NCBI RefSeq assembly: GCF_900143675.1
Contig: NZ_FRFC01000003.1
Span: forward strand, 342,095 to 374,094
From: Nitrosotalea sinensis
GTDB taxonomy: Archaea > Thermoproteota > Nitrososphaeria > Nitrososphaerales > Nitrosopumilaceae
Direction of reading: 5' to 3'
Length of the DNA stretch: 32,000 bases
Every line of letters starts with the position of its first letter. Position 1 is the stretch's first letter. A program made the translations under genes and the position numbers. Positions 8,176 through 14,925 of the stretch are shown here, piece after piece. The notes beneath the pieces are model-generated. The model was not told the origin of the DNA and made no database searches. It saw only the letters and a list, made by a program, of their open reading frames with translations.

Positions 8176-8862
8176 TTGTCATCTCGTAAACCTAAATTTA
8201 ACAGGAAAATGCGTCTTATAGTATTTGGAATTATCACCGTAATTGGAATATCTTATGCGTATTACAATGCTCAGATAAATTCTGGATATCATCATACAAA
8301 AATGGTGGACTTTGATTCTTATCAAAATGGAACAATTCCGCAAGGATTTGCTGACTTGTCAACAGATCAAAAACCATATTGGATTGTAAAATCTGAACCA
8401 ACTGCACCCTCTCTTCCAAATGTACTTGAAAAGATGCCAGTCAATGATACTTCTGATTATCATTTACAATTAATTCCGGATTCTCCTACAGTGGATACTG
8501 AAAATGTTACAATGAAGTTCAAAATTATCTCAGGTCAAAATGCCAAGTCTGCTGGTATGATTCTACGATTCATTGATCCAAAACACTACTTTGTTCTCAT
8601 GGCGGATTCAGAGCAAAACAGGCTCTCTCTTTGTAAAAACACCCCTGATTTTCTAATTTGTAATTATGACAAATCAGTTACAATAACCCCTGGACAGTGG
8701 CACACCATGGAAGCACTAGTGTCATCACAAGGAATAGCAGCTTCTCTTGACGGGCAAATAATTATACGTGCAAATGATCATAATTATCAATCAGGACAAG
8801 TAGGAATGTGGACCAAGAAAGACACTGGCGCTTATTTTGATGACTTTAAGATAGAGTATTGA
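8176..8862 (+). CDS. membrane-anchored protein with concanavalin/LamG-like jelly-roll domain (tentative)
   Basis: 228 aa with an N-terminal TM anchor. The C-terminal pattern AGMILRF..HYFVL....GQWHTMEALV....LDGQ....GQVGMWT....FDDFKIEY is typical of LamG/DUF1080-like lectin folds. TTG start sits about 35 nt downstream of TATA TTTATATC (8141). Confidence 0.55.
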   Translation: MSSRKPKFNRKMRLIVFGIITVIGISYAYYNAQINSGYHHTKMVDFDSYQNGTIPQGFADLSTDQKPYWIVKSEPTAPSLPNVLEKMPVNDTSDYHLQLIPDSPTVDTENVTMKFKIISGQNAKSAGMILRFIDPKHYFVLMADSEQNRLSLCKNTPDFLICNYDKSVTITPGQWHTMEALVSSQGIAASLDGQIIIRANDHNYQSGQVGMWTKKDTGAYFDDFKIEY

Positions 8863-9164
8863 TTTTAGTCTCTCTAGACCCAAACAATGCCTAGATAATA
8901 TAACGACCTGTTATTTTCAATCAAGAAGCTCATGTTGAACAAATGAATCATTAGATTTGAAATAGAATGAAATTAAAAACTTGATTTGACAAACAAAAAA
9001 TGAACATCTTGAATTGTGAACGTGTTGTGCAGACAGTTCCCAATCTGGGGTGAAATCTACACCTAAAACTTCACAAAATTTCTAAATGATATGTTTTAAC
9101 AACTTACTGATATTTACGATAGAAATATTTTACTTGAAAACAAAAATTGCAATAGGTTTCTAAT

Positions 9165-9443
9165 ATGGAAAAAAATGACAGAGATGAAAAGTTCCTTAAA
9201 ATTCAAATGATACTTGCAGTGATACCTACCTTTGTTACACAACTGATTGCATTCTACAGGATCAAAAAATTAGCTTATGGTATTATTATCGAAATCATCA
9301 TCTTCTTTGTGGACTTGGTAATTCAAATGAGTATTTCTTGGCCTTTTGGAATGATAATTGCATTGCCCGTATCAGTACTAATTCCTCTTTATTATGTGAG
9401 AAAATGGACTTTGGAATTTGATAGAACCAAGTCTGTTTTCTAA
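9165..9443 (+). CDS. small multi-TM membrane protein (hypothetical)
   Basis: 92-aa ORF with 2-3 hydrophobic helices, convergent with amoB. Confidence 0.45.
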   Translation: MEKNDRDEKFLKIQMILAVIPTFVTQLIAFYRIKKLAYGIIIEIIIFFVDLVIQMSISWPFGMIIALPVSVLIPLYYVRKWTLEFDRTKSVF

Positions 9444-9500
9444 TATTTGTGTAAAGCCTCTGCTAGGAAACTTAGAAAATGAAAAGAGAGGGGGTGATTG

Positions 9501-10067
9501 TTAAATCACTTGCCAAGGTCTTGTTGCGAATGTGATTGCATATCCTACACCAATCACTATCGATTGATAGATGACGTTTGTGTATGGGATTGGCTTCACG
9601 ATTGGATCGCCTGTTACCACGACTGTTTGTCCTGGACCTAGACCTGGACCGATGCTTGCTATGTTAAGCTGCGTATGCATGTGATATACTGCTGGTTCAA
9701 GTGCCTTTATGGTCAACTTGTATGGAACCACTGCGTTTGCTGGTATCGTGATTACGTTACCAGGTGGATCTCTTGCTACAATTTCCCATCTGTTACCAGC
9801 GTTTGGTGAGTCACCATATACAGTGTACCAGCCTCGCAAGTCTCTGTTTACAAGACTTACAAATTTGCCAGATACTGTCAAAGTGTCTCCAGTATGAACA
9901 GACTGTTTTGACCATGTCTCACCGTCTATTCTTATGAAACGACTTTGTAGTTGTGCCTGAACACCATGTGCTTCAGCATGTTGGAACATTTGTGTTAATG
10001 ATGGTCCAACTGCTCCAAGTGCTACTATCACACCTATTGCAGCCACAATAAACTTCTTATCGACCAT
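9501..10067 (-). CDS. amoB: ammonia monooxygenase subunit B (archaeal type)
   Basis: 188 aa. Signal/TM N-terminus followed by AEAHGVQAQLQSRF, typical of the short archaeal AmoB. Sits in the amo cluster. Confidence 0.92.
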   Translation of the reverse strand: MVDKKFIVAAIGVIVALGAVGPSLTQMFQHAEAHGVQAQLQSRFIRIDGETWSKQSVHTGDTLTVSGKFVSLVNRDLRGWYTVYGDSPNAGNRWEIVARDPPGNVITIPANAVVPYKLTIKALEPAVYHMHTQLNIASIGPGLGPGQTVVVTGDPIVKPIPYTNVIYQSIVIGVGYAITFATRPWQVI

Positions 10068-10119
10068 ATCGCTTAACTAAACCAACTGAGAAACTACAAC
10101 GATATATGTTTTGCCCTGT

Positions 10120-10176
10120 TGATCCAGTGATTTGACTGGATCATGTTATGCATTCATGATTATCATGGCATGCATG
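10120..10176. promoter_or_regulatory. palindrome cluster in the divergent amoB/amoC intergenic region
   Basis: 9-bp stem tGATCCAGT-N6-ACTGGATCa (10120-10143), 13-nt palindrome CATGATTATCATG (10155-10167) and CATGCATG (10169-10176). Five CATG within about 36 nt. Confidence 0.4.
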
Positions 10177-10290
10177 ATTTTTTTAGTTATATTATTATTT
10201 GATTTTGTATTGTTTTTAATTGATATTATTATATATTGAAGTTTAATGATGTAAAAATTATAATTAAAATTATAGAAATTACAACTAATA

Positions 10291-10298
10291 TTTTAAAT
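10291..10298 (+). promoter_or_regulatory. TATA-like box of amoC (TTTTAAAT)
   Basis: Begins 31 nt upstream of ATG 10322, the same spacing as the other leaderless-looking genes in this window. Confidence 0.45.
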
Positions 10299-10321
10299 AA
10301 CTGTGTTTGATTCAACACACT

Positions 10322-10885
10322 ATGGCACAAATGCCAGCACTGATTCCAAAAGAAGTTGAAATCCAGAGATTGAAAAAGATCTGGCTTATCATCATCGCAT
10401 TGGGATCGATCGCTGCATCCGTAGAGGTCGATAACTTCGTAGACGGATCTCTACACCAGACATCAATCAGAGATAGTGCTTTCACACCAGCACACTGGTG
10501 GTTATACAGCCACTTCATTGCTCTTCCATTAGGATGGGGAATGGTAGCTGTTTATGACAGAAAGGTACCAATTCTGAGAGGTCCAAACAACTCAATGAAC
10601 ACCGGTCTTAAAATGACCATTCTTGGTTACTTAGCAACCATGTTTACAATAGGTGTCAACGAGATGTGGCACTTCTGGTATGTAGAAGAGATCTTCGCAG
10701 TTCCAAACCACTGGATGTTCAACATGGGTGTCGTCGTTGCTTTCATGGGTGCACTTGCCTATGTAGTAAGAGTATACGCACGACTTGTCGAACTTGGCGC
10801 AGAAACACCAGGTGAGAATCCATATGTTGCAGAAATGTACAAGATGGCTCTTGAAGGCAAATTGTACAGCAGATCAATCCCATAA
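10322..10885 (+). CDS. amoC: ammonia monooxygenase subunit C (archaeal type)
   Basis: 187 aa from ATG 10322 (MAQMPALIPKEVEIQRLKKIW...). Contains the conserved EMWHFWYVEE...NHWMFN region. The ORF-track TTG at 10307 is judged a 5-codon over-extension. Confidence 0.92.
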   Translation: MAQMPALIPKEVEIQRLKKIWLIIIALGSIAASVEVDNFVDGSLHQTSIRDSAFTPAHWWLYSHFIALPLGWGMVAVYDRKVPILRGPNNSMNTGLKMTILGYLATMFTIGVNEMWHFWYVEEIFAVPNHWMFNMGVVVAFMGALAYVVRVYARLVELGAETPGENPYVAEMYKMALEGKLYSRSIP

Positions 10886-10918
10886 ACGCGCACAAGCGCT
10901 CTTTTTCTTATTTTTCTC
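10886..10918 (+). terminator. oligo-T termination signal after amoC
   Basis: Short GCGC-N4-GCGC dyad, then CTCTTTTTCTTATTTTTCT. Nearly the same T-tract motif follows the genes ending at 2318 and 2684. Confidence 0.4.
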
Positions 10919-10952
10919 CGATCAGTTTAACGTGAGTTGTATTGGGAAAAGA

Positions 10953-10960
10953 CTTAAAAG
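10953..10960 (+). promoter_or_regulatory. TATA-like box of amoX (CTTAAAAG)
   Basis: Begins about 31 nt upstream of ATG 10984. Confidence 0.4.
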
Positions 10961-10983
10961 CATACATCTGTCAGTAAAACCAA

Positions 10984-11346
10984 ATGACCTTACCAAAAGG
11001 ATTCGGTACAGGTGGCGGCGCTTCCAGTTCCGATGTAAGCAAGATGATTGGCAAACGTGTAGAAGACATGATTGGCCTCATCACAGGTGCATTTGTTGCA
11101 CTCTGGGCAGGAACATGGGGAGGAGTTGCTGTTGCAGTGGTATATTATCCATGGGCATATCCACCGCCAAGCGCACACTTTGCGTTAACTGTACTTACAA
11201 TCATAGAAGCTATAGGGTACTTGTTCTGTGTCAAGGTAGTGACAGAGGGTACTTCTAAAGCGAAGACATACAACGGTCTAATCGCTGGTGTAATTGCTGC
11301 AATCGCAATTGCAACACTTGTGACTGACTGTTTCTTCTTCGGATAG
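10984..11346 (+). CDS. amoX: AmoX, small membrane protein encoded between amoC and amoA
   Basis: 120-aa multi-TM ORF in the conserved amoC-amoX-amoA position of Nitrosopumilus-type clusters. Called by synteny and topology. Confidence 0.75.
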   Translation: MTLPKGFGTGGGASSSDVSKMIGKRVEDMIGLITGAFVALWAGTWGGVAVAVVYYPWAYPPPSAHFALTVLTIIEAIGYLFCVKVVTEGTSKAKTYNGLIAGVIAAIAIATLVTDCFFFG

Positions 11347-11349
11347 AAA

Positions 11350-11382
11350 AATTCCTTTTCATCTTTTCTTTTATTATTATTC
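11350..11382 (+). terminator. oligo-T termination signal after amoX
   Basis: TTCCTTTTCATCTTTTCTTTTATTATTATT immediately after the stop codon. Confidence 0.35.
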
Positions 11383-11439
11383 CATCAGAGTTAACTCAGA
11401 TCTTGAGACGATCTGTTGCTGATCTCGCATGTCATAAAA

Positions 11440-11447
11440 TTTTATAT
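11440..11447 (+). promoter_or_regulatory. TATA-like box of amoA (TTTTATAT)
   Basis: Begins 32 nt upstream of ATG 11472. Confidence 0.45.
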
Positions 11448-11471
11448 ACATCACTTCCTGCATACAAGTTA

Positions 11472-12122
11472 ATGGTCTGGCTAAGACGATGTACTCACTA
11501 CTTATTCATAGTAGTGGTAGCAGTCAACTCGACCTTGTTGACAATCAACGCAGGAGACTACATCTTCTATACTGACTGGATGTGGACATCTTATGTGGTA
11601 TTTACTCTATCACAATCATTGATGCTCGCAGTCGGTGCAGCATACTACCTTACGTTCACTGGTGTTCCAGGAACAGCAACCTACTATGCACTTATAATGA
11701 CAGTGTATACTTGGATTGCAAAAGGTGCGTGGTTCTCCTTAGGATATCCATACAGCTTCATCGTTGTGCCAATGTGGATTCCATCTGCAATATTGATGGA
11801 CTTGGCATATTGGGCAACAAAGAGAAACAAACACTCTTTGATCCTAATCGGCGGTGTGCTCTGTGGAATGTCAATGTCGATGTTCAACATGATCAATCTA
11901 ATCACAATAGATGATCCTCTTGAGACTGCTTTCAAATATCCAAGAACCACATTGCCTCCATACATGACACCAATAGAACCCCAAGTAGGAAAGTTCTATG
12001 ATAGTCCTGTTGCATTGGGTGCAGGAGCTGGTGCAGTTTTGACAGTAACAATGACTGCATTAGGTACCAAACTCACAACCTGGACATACAGGTGGATGGC
12101 AGCTTGGTCTAAGTGGGATTAA
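11472..12122 (+). CDS. amoA: ammonia monooxygenase subunit A (archaeal type)
   Basis: 216 aa starting MVWLRRCTHYLFIVVVAVNSTLLTINAGDYIFYTDW, the N-terminus I recognise from Nitrosopumilus-type AmoA. The ORF-track start at 11403 adds 23 non-conserved residues across the promoter. Confidence 0.96.
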   Translation: MVWLRRCTHYLFIVVVAVNSTLLTINAGDYIFYTDWMWTSYVVFTLSQSLMLAVGAAYYLTFTGVPGTATYYALIMTVYTWIAKGAWFSLGYPYSFIVVPMWIPSAILMDLAYWATKRNKHSLILIGGVLCGMSMSMFNMINLITIDDPLETAFKYPRTTLPPYMTPIEPQVGKFYDSPVALGAGAGAVLTVTMTALGTKLTTWTYRWMAAWSKWD

Positions 12123-12126
12123 CACC

Positions 12127-12146
12127 CCTTCTTTTACTTTTATTAT
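12127..12146 (+). terminator. oligo-T termination signal after amoA
   Basis: CCTTCTTTTACTTTTATTAT directly after the stop. Confidence 0.35.
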
Positions 12147-12255
12147 GTTCGATCCTTAAGCTATCTTGAGATTAATTTTTGATTAAAAAAAGTTACACAA
12201 TGTGTGATCTTTTGTAACCTTATGCCACAAAATAATATTTTGAAATTAACCTCTG

Positions 12256-13113
12256 TTGAAACAAGAATATCTGGTATCAATTGTGCCTAAACCGTTTGTA
12301 AAATGGGCTGGAGGAAAAAGGCAACTTTTGCCTGTTATATCAAATCACATTCCTAGTAAATTTGAGAGATATTTTGAACCATTTCTAGGTGGAGGGGCAG
12401 TATTCTTTTCTCTTGTCTTGAAAGAAAAAAAGACAAAATGGTTCCTGTCTGATCTTAACTCAGATCTTGTATTATCTTATGTAACAATTAGGGACAAGGT
12501 ACAAGAACTCATTTCTTCACTTGAGGCCCATGCTGCAAATTATGCAAAAAATTCTAGTGTATATTATTACAAGATAAGAGAAACCAATCCAAAACATGAT
12601 GTTGATAAGGTTTCACGACTCATCTTTTTGAACAAAACATGCTTCAATGGATTGTATCGTGTAAACAGCAAAGGAAAATTCAATGTTCCAGTTGGAAGAT
12701 ACGTAAATCCTAACATTGTAAACAAGGAAAATCTCCTTGAGGTAAGTAAAATATTGCAATCAAGGGACATTTCAATAAAGTGTCAGGATTTTGAAGATGC
12801 CTTACATACGGTAGGGCATGGAGATTTTGTCTATCTTGATCCTCCGTATCAACCTGTTAGCTCTACTGCAAGTTTTACAAGCTATACTGATAGTGATTTT
12901 GATTTTAGCGATCAGAGAAGATTATATGATAAATTCAAGGCACTTGACAAAAAAGGCGTCAAGGTGTTATTGTCAAATTCTCACTCTGAAGATATACTCG
13001 AGTTATTCAAAGAGTTCTCAGATGGCATAATAGAAATTAATGCAAATAGATTCATCAATTCTGTTTCCCAAAAGAGAACGGGGCATACTGAATTATTAAT
13101 CAAGAACTATTGA
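12256..13113 (+). CDS. DNA N6-adenine methyltransferase, Dam/D12 class
   Basis: 285 aa with motifs KWAGGKRQLLP, FEPFLGGGAVFF (AdoMet binding) and DPPY (catalytic) in Dam order. TTG start. Confidence 0.85.
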   Translation: MKQEYLVSIVPKPFVKWAGGKRQLLPVISNHIPSKFERYFEPFLGGGAVFFSLVLKEKKTKWFLSDLNSDLVLSYVTIRDKVQELISSLEAHAANYAKNSSVYYYKIRETNPKHDVDKVSRLIFLNKTCFNGLYRVNSKGKFNVPVGRYVNPNIVNKENLLEVSKILQSRDISIKCQDFEDALHTVGHGDFVYLDPPYQPVSSTASFTSYTDSDFDFSDQRRLYDKFKALDKKGVKVLLSNSHSEDILELFKEFSDGIIEINANRFINSVSQKRTGHTELLIKNY

Positions 13114-13164
13114 ATAAACCGCCTATATTCATAAGATAGAATAAAATCAAAGGTATTTTCTGAT

Positions 13165-13716
13165 TTGTATGTATTGTCTTCTGGTAAGAGATCTCAAGCC
13201 CTTCAAATGGCAAAAAACATTAGCATCGAGCTATTAGATGATGCTCGTTCGTTGCATGAAATATTGGAATCTTGCAAAAACCTGTGTAAACTAGTTGGAA
13301 TATCTGAAGAGAACTCCTGGCTTGATCTTGAGACTAGTGGGTATCTAGTACGATATAAAACAAGAGATGAGTTATACCTGAATCTGCCTCCCTATAGGAA
13401 AACATCTTGGAAATTTTATGATCTATATGGGAATATGATAAATTTGTCACCTGATATGATGACTTTTTTTGGTAGATCAACAATATATCATCCAGTTAAA
13501 GAACTAGAGAATTCCAGTAAGATAATAGTTGAAAGCAAATTTTTAGATCAGTTCAATAAATTCATGGCTGAGCATGGCACAGACCATGTTTCAAGAAGCC
13601 TCAAAATCCATGAGGCTAGAATTACTGATGATGAAATAAAACAGATCCTTGCGGGAGTAAAGAAACAAACCCAACATTTGCTTGATATGGTAATTTCTAT
13701 TCTGGAAACAGAATAA
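13165..13716 (+). CDS. AbiTii-like (abortive-infection-associated domain) protein, tentative
   Basis: 183 aa (alternative ATG at 13207). The pattern LHEILESCKNLCKLVG....SWLDLETSGY...LPPYRK resembles the AbiTii N-terminal signature (L..A..LA..L.....W...ELNGY....P.YR). Recalled from memory, not searched. Confidence 0.45.
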   Translation: MYVLSSGKRSQALQMAKNISIELLDDARSLHEILESCKNLCKLVGISEENSWLDLETSGYLVRYKTRDELYLNLPPYRKTSWKFYDLYGNMINLSPDMMTFFGRSTIYHPVKELENSSKIIVESKFLDQFNKFMAEHGTDHVSRSLKIHEARITDDEIKQILAGVKKQTQHLLDMVISILETE

Positions 13717-13837
13717 GGTTCTGTTGATATGTGATGAAAATTAATCTGTCATTTTTGATAATACTCTGTCATTCAAAAATGATGTAATTGATACATCTCT
13801 GAGAATGAACAAATCATATTTATTGAAAACATCTAAA

Positions 13838-13910
13838 GCTTCGAACGGGATTCGATCCCGCGACCTTTACCTTACCAAGGTAACGCTCTACCAGGCTGAG
13901 CTATCGAAGC
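13838..13910 (-). tRNA. tRNA-Thr (anticodon GGU), no intron
   Basis: The reverse complement folds as a cloverleaf: GCTTCGA-TA-GCTC..GAGC-G-TTACC-TTGGTAA-GGTAA-AGGTC-GCGGG-ATCGAAT-CCCGT-TCGAAGC. CCA is not encoded. Confidence 0.9.
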
Positions 13911-14008
13911 ATGACAAGCTCGCTCTTCTGAATCCTTATTAATCTTACTTGGTTCTAGAAAATTTTTTCATAAAACGTTTAATTTCTCCAACATATCGCT
14001 AATAAAAC

Positions 14009-14130
14009 GCAGGAGTCGCCGAGCCTGGCCAAAGAAGGTTTAATGGCCTTTGGACGCGCGGGACTTAAGATCATACTAATGGGTGATCCCGTCTCTTAGG
14101 GGTTCGTGGGTTCAAATCCCACCTCCTGCA
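14009..14130 (+). tRNA. tRNA-Leu (anticodon UAA), class II, with two predicted introns (about 14035-14055 in the D-arm; 14070-14085 at canonical 37/38)
   Basis: Acceptor GCAGGAG/CTCCTGC+A, T-arm GTGGG-TTCAAAT-CCCAC, anticodon arm CGGGA-CTTAAG[intron]A-TCCCG, long variable arm. Removing 21 nt and 16 nt gives an 85-nt class II tRNA. Confidence 0.8.
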
Positions 14131-14135
14131 CTTTC

Positions 14136-14522
14136 TTATCTCTGATGTTTAATTCCTCTAGCGTTTAGAACTTCATAAATCTCTGGAAGAGAAAATACGA
14201 ATCCTACATGAACACAATTCTTTTCTTCACAAAGCAAGCAGTAGAGTTCATTATTCTGAACTGCAACCTCTGCTATTCTATTTTTGATATTATCCTTTAT
14301 GACTACTCTGTCACCATCAACGGATATTTTCTCAAGCTTTGGTGCATATCTTGCAAAGGTATCGTCTTTTTGCATCAAGTCTTCCATCATGTAAGTTATG
14401 TAACCTGCAAAACTATTGACACCTTTCATTGCAAGCTCATGCTTACTTTTCTTGTAAACATCGTGGAATCTATTGTAGACTTCTTCTGAAATTGTTATTG
14501 ATTTGAAACCTGCTTTTGGCAT
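14136..14522 (-). CDS. putative DNA-binding protein (N-terminal ribbon-helix-helix-like, C-terminal CxxCx4CxH motif)
   Basis: 128 aa. MPKAGFKSITISEEVYNRFHDVYKK looks like an RHH beta-strand plus helix. CLLCEEKNCVH is a possible metal site. Confidence 0.5.
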   Translation of the reverse strand: MPKAGFKSITISEEVYNRFHDVYKKSKHELAMKGVNSFAGYITYMMEDLMQKDDTFARYAPKLEKISVDGDRVVIKDNIKNRIAEVAVQNNELYCLLCEEKNCVHVGFVFSLPEIYEVLNARGIKHQR

Positions 14523-14855
14523 ATTACTTATCTATACCGTACTTTAAAGTACAAATATTTAACAGTTTTGGCTGTAAATGTTCTAACCAATTGTTATCTA
14601 CCTACAAATCATGTAATTATCTAACTTTCAAGTAACTTGGCATTGTTCAGATGAAATCATTTCAACAATGAGTGTCTTTCTGTATGTACTAGGTGTGTAT
14701 CTGTGCAATTTTTTTGTTTTATCTTTTAAATATTTGGTATCTTTTCTGCGTTTTTTTTATTTACTTTTTTGGTGATTTGATTGATAGTGCGCTAGTAGTA
14801 TACCACATACCACGCTCACATAACTTGGACCAACCAGACCATACCAAAGTACCGG

Positions 14856-14886
14856 TCAACAAGGACCAAATTTTGGTCCTTGTTGA
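14856..14886. promoter_or_regulatory. perfect 15-bp inverted repeat with 1-nt spacer (TCAACAAGGACCAAA-T-TTTGGTCCTTGTTGA), candidate operator
   Basis: Read directly. It abuts TATA-like TTTATTAAT (14888) of the regulator gene starting at 14926. A third GGACCAA half-site lies at 14825-14833. Confidence 0.55.
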
Positions 14887-14925
14887 TTTTATTAATGCTA
14901 TATACTGGAATAACACACGGGGTTT

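Noticed and set aside
9165-9443. 92-aa membrane protein next to amoB as an additional AMO subunit (AmoY/AmoZ-like)
   Set aside because: It is convergent with amoB rather than co-transcribed, and I cannot recall the AmoY/AmoZ sequences well enough to compare. It is left as a hypothetical membrane protein.
11403-11471. N-terminal extension of amoA (23 codons)
   Set aside because: It covers the amoA TATA box. The recognised AmoA N-terminus MVWLRRCTHY begins at 11472.
10785-11965. ORFs 10785-11258(+), 10990-11178(-), 11582-11914(+), 11684-11965(-)
   Set aside because: They are alternative-frame or antisense ORFs overlapping amoC, amoX and amoA. Their Cys/Arg-rich translations have no protein-like features.
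12140-12165. Possible tRNA-Thr remnant (TTCGATCC ... AGCTATC) at the left edge of the Dam/AbiTii segment
   Set aside because: There are only 8-nt and 7-nt matches to the tRNA-Thr T-loop and D-arm regions. That is too short to call an att duplication, though the location is suggestive.
13725-13806. Possible C/D-box sRNA (GTGATGA at 13731, ATGATGT at 13779, CTGA at 13799)
   Set aside because: Box spacing is not canonical: the first guide region would be about 28 nt, and the only D' candidates are CTGT. It is more likely chance motifs in AT-rich spacer, and only RNA-seq could revive the idea.
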